A stretch of DNA of 64,000 bases from Lingula anatina. Its lineage: Eukaryota > Animalia > Brachiopoda. How positions within the stretch are numbered: the stretch's first letter is position 1; every line of letters starts with the position of its first letter. Positions 48,305 through 62,728 of this stretch are shown here, one piece after another. The notes below the pieces were generated by a model. That model searched no databases, was not told the DNA's origin, and worked only from the letters and a program-made list of their open reading frames with translations. The translations under genes and the position numbers were made by a program. The stretch covers positions 13,264,587-13,328,586 of the forward strand of contig CM120648.1 in the NCBI GenBank assembly GCA_051362555.1, in the 5' to 3' direction.

Positions 48305-48468
48305 CAGGCCCGTAGCCAACAAATTCAAAAGGGGGGTTCTTTTTCTGAAAAAGTGGACCTTTTACAATGAAACTTACGTGTATGTAGATAAATTTTTACC
48401 CAAAATGGACCTTTTCCTGACAAAAGGGGCGGTTCTTTCAACCCTCCCCCCCCCTGGCTACTGGCCTG
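48305..48468. mobile_element. MITE with CAGGCCCGTAGCCA TIRs and 5-bp TSD (GGGTC)
   Basis: GGGTC at 48300-48304 and 48469-48473; related to 7858-8024. Confidence 0.85.
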
Positions 48469-50245
48469 GGGTCCTTTTGAGGGTGCATTCATAAAATCCT
48501 ACCCCTTTACAATACATTGCCCCAAAGTGGGTATTAAATCCTCCACTCTACCTGCCTTATTTAGAGGTATTATTTGACTTCTAAGGTGTTTTGGAAATTG
48601 TGGATCAGCATGGATGAAGTCTTATTAAACTTCATGACTGTTAGTTAGTGTAGCAAATAAAAGACAGGTGCTGCATGGTGGACTCCTACCTGTTTATCAT
48701 AAGGTATAATCTTTCACCATGAATCAATATAATCTTTCACCAATATATATAAAGGTGAGGACTCCTTCACCACAGTTTGCTTTTTTTATGCATAAAAGGC
48801 TCAAAAAATAAGAATTTAAAGATTTTTTGAATTTTAGATGAATTTTTTTCAGTGGAATGAGCTTGGTGGTGAGGGTGTTATACATGTGGGAGACGAGCCG
48901 GGGGGGGGGGGGGGGGGGGGGGCGAGGTTGTCGCTCTTATGTGGTCAGTGACATAAGATGACAGTTAAGTTATCATCTCGTGTCAATAGATCATGTCTGC
49001 CCACTATCTGGAAACATAGCTCAAGTGGATGTTGTCCTCTGTTTTTGTTTGTGTTTAGAGTTTGCGAGATACGTTTCATGAGTTAAATCCATACAGCTGT
49101 CTTTCCCTCTCTGCTGGGGAGTCCCCAACTCAGTGGTTTATCTTATAAATTTGGTTGTTTGTATTTGTTTGCCTCTGTTGTCTTACAAGATCAGAAGCTG
49201 ATAGCTCCTGAAAATTATGATAAAATTAGCGAACTAGGACTGAAAACTGGTCATCATTGGTTGAAACTGTTCAGTCCTAGTTCGCTACAGTTTTCATATT
49301 AGAACTGTAGTAACAAGTTTACAAAATTTCCGTGCATTATTTTGTCACCAAAAGTGTTGATATTGTTCACGTGTGTGTGCTTCAGTGTGAGAGAGTTTGT
49401 ACATGCAGTCTTGGTCATACACTCAAAAAAGTCTCTAGCTTGATGTATGTAAAGACACACAATCCTACAGTTGCCATACTTTCATGTGTTCTGGTGTACT
49501 GCATGACAGTGTACATGTTGTGGAATATGCTACTTATATGTTCTGTCATCTGGCACATTCATTATTGAACTCAGTGGGTTTGTTTAAAAAGAGAGCAGAT
49601 TAGAGCATTTCTGGCATTTTCACTTTTAGCAGACAGGTATTCTGTATTGATTTTATATGTACTTATTAAGGCTGAACACAGCTGTAATACGCAAGCGAAA
49701 TATATATGTATAAAAAAAACGGGGAAAAATCAAGAAGAACACGCAGCTTATCACAGTTAGTTTGTAGCCAGCCAGGGTGTGTACATGTTGTTAACCATGC
49801 TACGCGTATCATGAAAATACTGTAGGAAGCGTGATGCATCATATGTTTTGAGCCCATTGTACATTACCTGTAGGTACATTACGTTGAAGATGTACATTTT
49901 TGTACACGCTCTGTGTACGTTGGTTAATACAAGTGCAGTGGGTAAGCCCTGATTTCAAACCACTCCATAATACAGTGTTGATACATGCCCCGTGCTCTAC
50001 GTAGAGACATGCGGAGTGTGCGGGGGAGCATGTAGAAAGGGCAGTGGCAGGGTTATCTCTGCTTGCTTAACTGCTCAACTTAATGAAACTTTACGATTGC
50101 TCTGGATTAAGGGGATTATGGACGGGATGAGTCGTAACACGTTTGAGGCATGTGGTCGAGTATCTTCTTCATGTCCAAGTTGATAAGTTAAGAGACCCAT
50201 TTTTGCTTTGGTCTTGATGGATTAAGGTAGCAATTTACTATCTAA

Positions 50246-50454
50246 GGCTGTATTCCCAGAGCTTTTAGATCGATCTATCCCCGCGGGGAGTCTCACTAGA
50301 TTACTGTCATATAATCCGGCTTAAATGCCCGTCCCGTCTACTACAAGCTGTAAGGGGGTAATTGGTGTCCGCCCGGCTGACAGCTATTTAGCGTGAACCC
50401 CCAGGAAGTTAGGTCGATCTAAAGTAGATCGATCTAATCACTGGAAATGGGGTC
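50246..50454. mobile_element. PIF/Harbinger-like MITE with TAA TSD
   Basis: TAA|GGCTGTATTCCCAG...CTGGAAATGGGGTC|TAA; subterminal AGATCGATCT palindromes; inverted copy at 62503-62728. Confidence 0.8.
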
Positions 50455-50816
50455 TAAGCTGTCATGATGGTTAGGACGTGTGACTTGAAGGGGAAAAACT
50501 CAATACCACTGTTGTCCAACTCATCACTGTTGTAATTGATTTAAATCACTGACATAGATGGGGAACTCATTTTGTTTTCCAGTGTTAGTTTAAGGTCTAC
50601 TGAGATAGTGATAGTAAAGTAACAAAATAAGCCTCCACTAGAGAACTCATTTTGTTTTCTAATGTCAGTAATCTTTAACAAGATCCGTGAAACAGTGATT
50701 GTGAAGAAGTGAAATGGCCCTCCACAGCTGGTCTGGTCATGTGGACTGAGTGGTACATTAGGGATGTCGCAGCTAACACATTCTACGATATCCAGTATTG
50801 GATAAGGCATAATATT

Positions 50817-50980
50817 CTGGGGTAGCGCTAACACTCACCAAATGCTAAAACTGACTTTAATTGCCTAAACAAAAATGGCCTGTTTTGTCTAATTTTAGTC
50901 AAATTAAAACCATTTGGATAACACATTAACAAAAGAGTGGTGATTTGGCTTAGTGAAGAAAATTGCTAGCGCTACCTCAG
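50817..50980. mobile_element. MITE family A copy 4
   Basis: CTGGGGTAGCGCTA ... TAGCGCTACCTCAG. Confidence 0.85.
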
Positions 50981-52526
50981 ACTGTATTGATGTACCATCG
51001 GCTTCTTTTCAGGATTTTGGCAAAATTGCATGTTTATTTTTTATGGAAATTAGCATTTTTGTTAGAAATAAATGCTTAATTCCTATGTTTTGTTGAAGAT
51101 TACAAATGATGTGACATAACAAATATCTGTAGAATTATATTTGTGTTTCTTTTAATTTTACGTCTTTAATTCCAAGTTGAATGAGATACAGTAACTGTCA
51201 TCACTTGTTCTCTGCCACAAAAATATATATCTGATCAAAAATATGAAAAATATTTTACCCAGATGGGGAAAACTTAGCCTGCTTCTTTGTAGAACTTTCA
51301 TTTTAGATGTGTATTATAGATGAAAATATTATTTTAAAGTTGCTTCAACTGTCAGCATTCATTGAACAATTCATCTTGCATGTCAGTATTATACATAACA
51401 TTCAGCCTGATTTTTGTCAGTTAGCATGACTCTTTATGAAAGAACCTTGAAAATGAATATATAAAATATAAGGCCAAGCATATTTCCTCACTATCATTAA
51501 ATCAAAAAAGCTTGTTATGTTACAAGAATTTTATAAATGAAGCAAACTATTTTGAAATATAGCAAAGAAAGCTACTTTAATATGTGTAGTAGAGGAATTT
51601 TGAAGAAAGTCAGGATTAAGCACAGAACGCAATCTTGACAAAACTGTAGCCCCTTTGCAGCTATATTTTTGTTATTGTGTCTTTCTAAGATGTGATCTAA
51701 AGCATGTTTTATTACTTTTCCTTGTCATTTCCATGGCAACCTTAGATATTGTTATGCAAGCGAACCTTGTCTTTTAAACAGTAATAACATGTCAGCTTGG
51801 TTCCCATGGCAACAGTGCATACTCGCACAGTATTATGTAAACGTCTCTTGTCAGGCAGAGAGATTAGAGGAGTTGTAAGCGGTTATTTGCAATTTTCTTT
51901 TCACTGATAACATTTTGAACCTATGTGGAAATGGTAGTTAGTTCACCAGATATCAGCTTTCTTTGGTTCCAATTTTCTCCAGTTTCCGATTTGAATTTGT
52001 TTGTCCTGTAATCGCTACTGGATTTAATTGGACTGCATTTTGGGGGTCGATTGGATTTCATTGAGATAAGGAAAAGCAGAGCTTGACTTTTATAAACGAA
52101 AAAGGAGAAAGAAAAGAAAGAAAATACATTCATTAAGTCAGTTTTGTTAGCTTGTCTTTATGAGTATGTGAACTTACTTCAAATTTGGACTTTTTTTCTT
52201 TAAGACCGCCTTTAAGAATATACCATACAAAAAAGGATTATTTCAAAAACTACACTCAGTGAACCCGGACTAAAACGAATAACTCTCGAGTTATAAATTT
52301 TTATTTTGTCAGATTCAGATAAGATATTGAGTCAGAGCTTATTCAGCAATGAATATATCAGTTCTTAAAATAGGAGCTGGCATTGAAACTTCTGACAGCT
52401 TGGAGACCTGAGTCAAGAGTCAAAGTCTTTAAGATGACAGGGAATGAATTGGGCTAAATTAAAGACTAGGATCAGGCTGGTGGTGGTGGGACTCAAATAT
52501 ATAGGATTGGATGTGATTGGAAGGAC

Positions 52527-52531
<5 letters not shown>

Positions 52532-52573
<42 letters not shown>
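52532..52573. repeat. (GA)n microsatellite
   Basis: Direct reading. Confidence 0.95.
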
Positions 52574-52577
<4 letters not shown>

Positions 52578-52702
52578 AAAACTGGGCTCTTCTTAAGAGA
52601 GAGGGCAGATGATGAATGAATGGAAAAAGAAAATAAAAGAGTAACACATTATTAGAGATAATATTGTGAAATGAATGTTTATATAGATATGTATGGAAAA
52701 AA

Positions 52703-52838
52703 GATACCCCCTTTAGTATATCCATACTGAAAGTCAGGATACCCCTTTTTGTATATCCATACTAAATGTCAGGATACCCCTTTTAGTATATCCATACTGA
52801 ATGTTTGGATGCCCCTTTTAGTATATCCATACTGAATG
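52703..52838. repeat. 35-bp minisatellite x4
   Basis: GATACCCCYTTTAGTATATCCATACTGAA unit at 52703, 52738, 52773 and 52808. Confidence 0.9.
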
Positions 52839-53493
52839 AGAGCACAAAAAACAGCAAATGTAACAAAATAGTCAGCATGAAATTCTTAATAGCAGTCCAA
52901 GGCAGGTCAGAGGAGTCTGAGGTGACCCAGTGAGACCTGCTCATAGAACTTTAACCATTTGGCTGAGGTGAGTGGAAACTGCAAGAAACCTGAGAAAGGA
53001 AGGATTTTTTTCCTGGTGTTCAGAACAGTTTAATAAAGTAAATGTTTTAGTTTTGCTAAAAGGTAGTGCACTCTAATTGGCGGGTTGGAGTACACCTGTG
53101 CTCCGTATGCTGGCCTCTTCCTGAGGTCTCAGTTTGAGGGGGGGGGTACAAAAGAGACTGCTCGGGAAGACAGTGGAAAGATGAAAATATTGTCTTTGTT
53201 GAAAAAATATTTTTATAGTGATGTGTCTTTCAGACATGAACTTGAGGATAGGTCGAGTAAATACATAGTAACAAATTTATAGGGTTTAGTCAACCATCCT
53301 TTCTCTCCATACCCCCCCCCCCCCCACACCCACCCACCCACCCAAATGAAGAATAGCAGGGGTATTTTATTGGTTTCCATCCTGATTTGTTGTATTGGTC
53401 ATAAAGTTAATGTAACTAGGCAGAGCAAATCCTTGTTGTATCCACTGCAGTACATTACCCTGACTCTGATAAAGGACTTTCTTTCCCTGACAG

Positions 53494-53587
53494 TGACGTG
53501 AATGAACTGGCTAACCGTTGTGGACTGAAGGATTTTCTCTAGAAACTCGGAGATTACAGGCCAGTCTCTATTGTAGATACTTCAGGG
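53494..53587 (+). other. Candidate non-coding exon
   Basis: Acceptor ctttctttccctgacag| and donor CAGG|gtatgt; stops in all frames. Confidence 0.4.
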
Positions 53588-56511
53588 TATGTAAATAATC
53601 TTGTGAGTCTGAAAATGTGACAGTTACAAAGATTGGAATTTCATGGCTTTTGGATAATTAGTTTTTGTTGACTGGAAAGAGAAGATATGTGATTTAAAGG
53701 TACTGATTTAAAAGAACATTGGAATTTTATTGGAGACCCTATGAGGGGTAGGGTTTCTTCCTCTTTCAGTATTTTTTTTTTTTTTTGATATAGAGAAGAC
53801 TGCATCAGAGATGTTTTAAAGCCATGGGAGCCTTTTTTGTATCAAATTAAAGCCATTTTCCTAATTGATAAGGATTATGTGACAATGATGCAATAAAAAA
53901 GACTTTGAACATTGAGACAGAACAAGTATGAAATGTTATGAGGTTAGATTTCATTCTATTTCAACACAAGAGAAGTGATATAACGCTTGAGCCTTTTTTC
54001 ACTGGTGAACAAATACTTCATTCTTCTCTCAAAAGATTACATAGTGTATCAGTTTCTACACTGAATAATAATAATAGGAATTTTATTACTGATATTTTAT
54101 ATGTCTAAACTGAAGTCTAGTAGGAAAATGTCAAATGATTTGACAGTAGTTGATGTGAAAATAAAGCCATTTTAGTTTGAAGCAGATATCCTCTCCCCTG
54201 ATCCAAAGATTATACGATGTGTCACATATATGGCATTGAAAGTCAAGAGTCTGGTGGAATTTGTTATATAGACTTGGTATTTTTAAGCTGTCTAGTCTGG
54301 AATATGTAATTTCAATAGTTCCAAGTTGTGACAAACTTTGACAAGAACTTTTATTCACACTGCCCTTACACAAGTCTGCAGTTCTTCTTTATCTGCTTGT
54401 GGGTGTTACCAAAAACATGTCTGTTTCTTTCTGTGATCAATAATATAATCTGCTTCAATAGATTAATGCATGAGTAGACCCGATGAATTTAAGTTTTTGT
54501 ATGCTAAAATTAACTCTTTCTTCTGCCTTCTTCCATTTTGAACTGATGTAGTATCTCACTCAGATCAGGAATCTTAGTGTAGGCAATGTTGTTTTGGAGG
54601 TGAAATTCAGTGTCAATAAATTTGCTGCACTGTAAACTTGCCTCTGCTCTTTATGCTTCCTTCTGACATGCTCAATCCAGCAACCGACCAACAGTTCTTC
54701 TGAAAATTGAAAATATTGTTTAATAAGCTCTCAACGGATTATGCCAGCTCCGTCTCCGCAAATGACAATATCAACTGTGTTACATCACAGCCATTTGAAG
54801 TCAAACCTGATACTTTTAGAAATTGGCTCTCAACTTTTGCGTCATTGTTAATATCAGAAGGTCTTAACAGCTCACTGATAAAGGCGCTGGAACTTTTGTG
54901 TGGTTTATGGAGTAGGGGTTCTTAACTCATTACCCGAATCAATCAATTAATCCGGGATCAATTCAGAGGACGTCAAAGAGAAGAAAGGACAGGTAAAGTG
55001 ACCGTTATAGGCAGCGCTAGATTGGAACAAGTCAGTGAGAAGTGCTGCTGTGTATTGTGACATTTTTTCAGCAGAACGACATCAGGGTTTACTTTCTTTT
55101 TGAACTGCTCATGTTTTCCAGCTGCATCTCAGGGTTTTTGCGCATTTGATTTCTGTGGACTTTTTCAGGGCTTGCTAAGTTATTTTTATTGGTCTTAATT
55201 TTTTTCATTTTCTCTCTTGGTTTGAGTTGACTGATGCTGGGCAGAATTTGAAAACTTGGTACTTAGTCCTAAGTCTGTCAGGATTGCCTGATCTTTGGAT
55301 AACTTGGAGGCATTCACTGAGGATAAATCTCTTCAGCTTTTATTCAAGATAAATATGTTTACTTGGAGCGCAGGAAAGTTACTGGCAGTTTGTGTATCTG
55401 CATGGTAGGAGAAGCAAGCTGATACCACAGAACTCAGTGCAGTGAGAGAAGGTTGAAGATATTAGGATTTATTCAGATTAATTGGATTACTGTTCTTATT
55501 TTAGAGGTAAGTGGGGCACAGTAAAATTCACTCCTGGTAAAAATTGCTAAGCTCCCTGTTTATTTCATATTTTAGTTATTTATTTTTATGAATAATGATA
55601 CACTTAAACGGACTATGATCAAGTTTTAATTAAACAGCTTTAGTTAAAATTGGATTTATAATAGTAATGGTATAAAAATTATAAAATTATGAAAAGAAAA
55701 AAGATAAAAAAATATGTTATATATTCTGGTAAGAGTGATCTCATCTTTTTCAAGTAAAAGATAAAGAGGATGCAATTTTTTTTCTTAGAAAATATTAAAG
55801 CTTTAATTTCTAGCCTAGAATCCCACAGTTCAGGGTCATAAGGTATTTGCAGATAAAAAGATACCCAGGATTAAAATGCAGTTCTAAAGACCTTAAATGT
55901 TATTATGGAAAACTTATTAAATGTGAGATGGAATTTATGATGAAATTGGATTTCTGGAATATATTGAAAATTTTTTCATCTCTAAAAATACCAAGATAAC
56001 CAAACAAGGGACTTTATCTTAGATTATCCAGAGGTTCCCATATTTCTCTGATGATTTTAAACATGAGAAGGTGTTTAGTCACTCTGTTTTGATTAGCAGT
56101 TAATTGCTTTCTAAGATGTGATCTTTTCCACAGCAAAAATCAATAATGTGTACAGTGAGCATGTGAACACAACATTTTTTAGTATAAAAGAGGTTAAATA
56201 GGTGAAAATAAAAAGAATGAATAAATATAGATGAGGATTAATCAAATGATAGCTAAATCCGAAACAAAATAGTGATTTTTTTTTCAAACTTTCTTGTCGC
56301 TATAACATAAGCCATTTGCAACTTATTATTGCATTGGTGTGATGGGAAAATTATTGCTTGTGGCAGGTGAAATCTCTGACAAGACAAAAATCAATATTGC
56401 ATGTAATGAGAGCTGTATTAGACCTCTGAGATGGCTGTTAGGAAGATACAAATAATGGGGAAATAAAGACCTCTAGAGTTAGGATTCATTTTCTAGCTGT
56501 AATGGAACTGG

Positions 56512-56513
<2 letters not shown>

Positions 56514-56552
<39 letters not shown>
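56514..56552. repeat. (GT)n microsatellite
   Basis: Direct reading. Confidence 0.95.
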
Positions 56553-56556
<4 letters not shown>

Positions 56557-59500
56557 GAGAAACACCATGCACTGATTTATTGTGGGGAAAAAAACATTGG
56601 GCAGAGACAGGGAAAGGATGTTTTAGCCAAAGAAAGTCAATGTTTAAGATAATTTTAGTGATTATTTGATGGAAAAGAATGGATCAAGTTAGAAAAGAAC
56701 ACCATTTACCTCCCATCAAATTTGATTAAAATCAGCTGATTTAAGAAAAGGCTGCCAAGTTATATAAACTCTTCCCATAGAGAAAGCCTTAACGAATTAT
56801 TTAAGATATTATAGCAAAATTGAATAATTTAGTGTAAAATAACATAGAAAGAAGGAAAGTTTAAACCCTCAACACACTTTTGCCTAACTCCTCTTAAATA
56901 TAAATAAAACCAACTGTAATTAAGGCAAAAGTAAACTTTGTTCGTAGCAGGCATGGTTCCAAGGTACAGCTAAAACAATAGCGCACTGCTGCCTCCTCTT
57001 TTATGGTGCATGACGCAATTCATGGGGCAAATATGTGTTAATGGTTCGCTGGTGCTCTGATATACAAAACAATATGTTGACAAGAGATATTCTGGAATAG
57101 TTCAGTGTTCAACAAGTGAAAATGTTGAAAATGTTTCCAAAGAAAAAGTGACAGGACGTAAAAAAATTGCCTGCCAGATGTGGTTTTTGGTTGATTGATT
57201 TACCAGGTTTTATGATATTTATAATTGTTGGCATTGAAGTTTTCAAATAAGAAATATACAACTTTTTCAAATAAAGATATAAACAGGACAAATTTTCATA
57301 GATTTAATGATTCTACACTATTAGTTCATTTTTCTGGTGAAAATAAAATGACAATATGTATTAAATTTAACTCTTCAAATTGTTATAATTCATCCCTAAT
57401 TCCAAATGAAATTCTGTGCAAACGGTATGATATCATAGCATGTAGTCACTTTTAACTACCGGTTCAGTCAATCCAGAATTAAAGTTCATAATTACGGTAA
57501 TCAACACAATTATCCCACCCTTACTGCTGCATAGTTCACCAGTTAAAAACAAGGAAAAAAAGGTGCAAAGGTTTACCATTCAAAACACAAGCCAAATGCT
57601 ATCAGCATCAATTCATGTTTCTAATGCGGAAAACCTCAACAACTCCACTCTTTGCATCTTGGACGCGTTGGAATGTCCCGCGACTCCCGCACCTGTAACG
57701 AGGCAGCACGCGAGCGTCACTTGATGGTCTTGAATGGGGCGTTATCTCCAGAGTTTACAGTGCTGATTGGCAGGCTTAATCCCCAGATCAACTCAAACTT
57801 GATTTTTAAATAGACATAACAGCTCCGAGCTGTGCGAAGTCAGAAGATTGGCTTGGGACTTGGTTTGGAGTGATTTGAAAGTAAGATAGTGAGTTAATTG
57901 GATTTTTTTTTCTTCAAGTTTATCAGTTTATGGTTGTATTTATATTGCCAGTGTGTATAGTATTATATTTACATTGCCAGTACATGTACATTTAAAAGAA
58001 TATGTGTCCTTAAATGTTGAACATGGTGGATAGCGTGATGCTTTTTGCAGTGTTTACTTCATGAAATCAGTTTTAAATTGGCTCTGATAAAGGATAGGCT
58101 AAATAACCATAATACTACCATTTTTTTCACAAGGGAATTTGAAACCACAGAGTTGAACAGGTTTGTCATTTGAGTTTTGGCAATGGTAGCATATTGTTAT
58201 TTGTTTAATTAAAGCTTTGTTGTAGATTATTCCTTCCAGTGCTCACATAGATATATTTGAAGAAGTTGATATTATAAGTGTCTGGCTAATATTGTCCACA
58301 TAATCCCTAAAGCTACTTAAGGCGCGTCCACACTAGGTGTAACTGAGACTGGAAGCAGGTTAAAAGTCATCTGGAGACTGGAAGGCTCAACATACACTCA
58401 GTGGAAGGTGATGTCATTTAGTCTCCTTTAAGTCTAAGCTTGTCCTGATAGGAACACGATATTTCTAATAACATTTCAGCGATATTCGTATTAGGTCAGC
58501 CTTTACCAAGTTACCTTTTACAAGGTAGATACTGATGTGTGTTCCAGTATATTTAACCAAACATGTTTTGCTTTGTTGAAAGGTGTGTTCAGACAAGGAA
58601 TATGGAAAATCGACAGTGAAACTAACTTGCAACATTTGTTGACTTTATTAGGGGAGACCCCATTAGATGGTAGAAATTTTAATCCTAGATTAATCAGTTG
58701 GGGTCACTGATATTAGTCAGAACTTAACTCTCACCTGCTCACATATTTGATGTGTTCAAATAGAACAAGATTTTCTTAGTATCAGTGTTTTGATGGACAC
58801 CAATATTTCTACTCTTGAAACAAGTTAATTTATGTAAATAAAAGTTGTAAATGACTTGTAACATTCTGTAGGATTTTTCCAGTTGAGATTATTGATGTGC
58901 TAATGGGTCTCAGATTCCATTCCGTCATCACCTAGAACACAAACCATGCCACCTGAGGAAACCAAAAATTTCCTTAAAGCCCTGAGCTTAATTTGCCGTG
59001 TTGAGAAACTTTAATTCTGTAGCTTTGTTCTGAAATTAAAACATTTGTCAGAACTGTTTTATTTGAGTTATTTAGCAGATTCCAGAATTGCACAATGATC
59101 CTTAGATTGTTCATCTGTCATTTTTATTAATAGTTTTATGATTATTGTTAGTGTTTTTATTCAAATATTGAAAAACTGGATCTTCACTGAGTTTTACTGA
59201 TGACTTATTGCTGAGAGATCACTGAATGATAAATATTTAGTTACCCTTTAAATGTCATAAATATGTTCCACCAGGTTTTGGATATAAAACTTTTCCTTTT
59301 TGAAAATAGTCTATTTTTGATATCTAGAGTATTTTTGGCTCAATGGAAAAGTAGGGCTTATAGTAAAAAAATACTTTATCCCAATCAGCCAAGGTGACTG
59401 AGTTATTCCAAGCAAATGAAACATGTTATAGCTGTTTTTGTAATTTGTCATTGATCTGTTAAAGGATTTGTTATTGACTGAAAGAATGTATATGACAGGG

Positions 59501-62500
59501 AGAACTCGGAACAGAGGGCAAGGTTGACATGTCAGCTTGGGGTTTGTCCCCTCTGGTAGGTAATCCATAGACATTGCCTTGGTCTGTCACCGTCACCCCG
59601 ACATTGTCACACTTGGTGACAAAACCAATAACGCATTTCACAAATGAAGTATTTAATCAATTTTCTCAATTGTGACTTGTCACGATTTGAGCCATTATCA
59701 AAAAGCGGATTGATGTAGCAACGCTTGGTTATTGTGAATGAGCAAAATTTATTTATCAACCCTTGTTGGAGGTTGTTTCTTAGATGTTTGATACGTAGCA
59801 AAGATGCCCTGGTTCAAGAATTGAAATTTTTACCTGCAGCACAGCCAAGTAGGTCTGTAGGAAGTAGATTTAATCTTCTTATATTTTGAAGAGGCTGTTT
59901 CTGTGGCAGCTTTTAAGTTTGTTGACATGGGAAATGAAACTCTTAGAGAAACTACTTTCATTTGGTGACAGCTTTAAAGTTTGTCTCACAGAATAAACAA
60001 TTATAATTCCCTATTAATAAAGAGGTGGTTGTGTCAGACTCAGAGAAAAAAAAGATATATTTGTTAAGTATTTTTATCTGTCATTGATGAAATTTATCAC
60101 AGCCTTAGGTAAAAAAATGGATAGACACTTTCTGTCAAAGACAAAAATGGTATCAATGACAAGTTAGAAGAAATTCACTTCTAACCCCCAATCTATTTCT
60201 GTAATAATAATAACAATAATACTAAATGGTCTTATTAATGACAAATGCCAGTCCTAAGTCAAAAATAAAACAACAATTATTTATTTATTGGGAGGTTTGT
60301 CAGTGCACAGGTGCTAAGAAAAAACACGCGGGATCAGCCCCCTGACTCTGATGTTTGCGCACAGTGAAAGCGTTGTGCCCCAACGGGTATTGTGCTCCGC
60401 CTGGCTGAAAGCGACAGCCATTGTTTGTTTGGTCCTCTTTCGGGTTTGCGTAAATAGTCTTTTGTTGGAAAAGTAAGCGTTAAATAAACAAGAGGTAAAA
60501 AGATGAGAAAACACATTTGACTTTTTGTGGTGACATAAGAGCAAAAAGAATCGATGTTTCTTGGCACGTAGATTTGGGATTAAGAAATAAAGGATAAGCT
60601 GACGACAGTTGCTTTATCAAATTAAACCGTCTTAGACTACTATGAGATTTGCAGCCTGAAGCGGTGAAGGTAACAAGACAAATTACTGCTGTCTTATTGG
60701 GTAGATAGAAGGACACATTGTCATTGTAAACTATTACTGTTGTTATTGTTACTATAATCATTCAAAACATCAACATTAATAATAGGACTGTAGTTGTAGA
60801 TAATTTGACTTGTTATGTCTGTTTATATAACAAGGTCAACAAAGTACACCATTACAGTTGATGCATTTTAAGTTCTGATATTAATGTACTTTTTGGCACT
60901 GTCTTTTAGGTAACATGATCAGGTTTGTTTGGGAAATGATGTAAGTTTGATACAGTGCTTAGTATAAACGTTGCTATGGTGAAAGGGTGTTATTGCATTA
61001 AGACAAGAACGTTGGGTTACAAGAACGTTATTAAGCTAGTTTAGTTGTCTTGTACACAGATAAAAAGAAAGATAAAATGAAGATAAAGGAAGGAATGTTT
61101 TTTTAGGTAGGAGAAGGATTTGATTTGCCAAAGTCTGATGTAAATTTGTTAAAAAATAAAGTTGAAATGGTAACAATTTTAGGAATGTGCTTACAGAATG
61201 CTCTGATATTTTGACAATGCATCATTACATTTCTTAGCATTATGAACAGTGTTTTGAGATAAGGAACTAAGTATTTGAATTCAAAAAGAGAACAGTTGAG
61301 TTCATGTTTCTTTTCACTCCTTCCAATATTGCTATGTTTAGATGACTTACTGTATCAAGGCTGGTAATTCAGGATGCGGACACAATGGATTTTAGCGGAA
61401 GGTTTACACAAAATTCACTCTACTCGCTCAGACTGTTAAAGTCTGTTATGCTGTAAGATTACACCTGGGTAAATAGCGCAGGGTTTGAAGAAAGGATACA
61501 GGTGCGCACGGTTACAGCATCTTATTTCCTCAAATGCAGAAAATTAATTACAGCAACATAAGAAAATGAGAGACAACTGAATGTTTTTTTAGCATAGTGA
61601 TCGTTGAGTTAGTGTAAGAGTATTTGTTGGTGAAATTAAAAAGGGAATAAACTGAAATGCATAGCCTCCTTGGTTTTATGAGAAAGTCGTGTTATCACTA
61701 TATTAGTTGCCGAGACTACTTTGTTTAAATGCAGTTTAAAGAGAAGACTTTTCAAAAAGAAAAGAGGAAAAAAAAGCTAAAAATGTTTCTAAGAATGTAT
61801 TCATATGTGTTGATTAGGTTTCATAAAGTAATACTAGTTTAGAACCCCTGTGAATTGCTTCGTCAAAAAAGATAATGTTGCTTGTTGCCCTTTTTTGGAT
61901 GAACTTTTGAGCAGTGAAATGTTTTCTAAAGAATGTTTCTCATCTTGGCAGCAATGTTGTATAAAATACTGTCAGAAATTGTGATGAAGTTTATTGGTCT
62001 GCTGTGTTCGTTCTGTAAATGCTGCATTAGGAAAAAAACAAATAACAAATCTTTTCTTTATGACAATTGGTTTCTATTATATTATTGACAATGTACCAAT
62101 AAAAAGTATTAGTTACACATCAGAAAAGAGAGTGGTGTGCCGACACTCATGTACACACCCTTTTCATGGACACTTTATCCCCAGAAAGCAGGTCAAAAAT
62201 CTTCAAGTGTTTAAAAAAAAAATTCTGCCCTCTCCATCAGTCTGTCAGTTATATGAGGGGGTATTGACACTGTTCACTTTATTTGTAATCTGCGGAGAAA
62301 TTTTGAAGTGATCTAAGCCTAGTGAAGCTTGTCTCCTGCCTGTTCATTGGTGGGTCCAGAAAGGCGTTCTTCCAGAGAGCTTAGGCGGTATTTATCTTGG
62401 TGTTAAGGCATGACTGCTGCTGAAGGAACAGAAAGAGACAGGCGTTAAGGAGGCTTAAGATAAGAGTTACTGCCGACTGGTACACGCTGTGATGGAATCT

Positions 62501-62502
62501 AG

Positions 62503-62728
62503 GGGTGCTTTCCCAGAGATTTAGATCGATCTAAAGATTAAATTTTAGATCGACCTAACTCCCTGGGGGTTCAGGCTAAATTGCAGTCAGCCGAGCGGAC
62601 ACCATAGTTAATTACCCCCTTACAGCTTTTAGTAGGCGGGACAGACGCTTAAGCCGGCCAAGCTGACAGTAATCTAGTGAGACTCCCCACAGGGATAGAT
62701 CGATCTAAAAATCTATGGAAATGGGGTG
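62503..62728. mobile_element. Inverted copy of the 50246 MITE
   Basis: Reverse-complement match, including GGGAGTCTCACTAGATTACTGTCA and AAGCTGTAAGGGGGTAATT. Confidence 0.8.
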
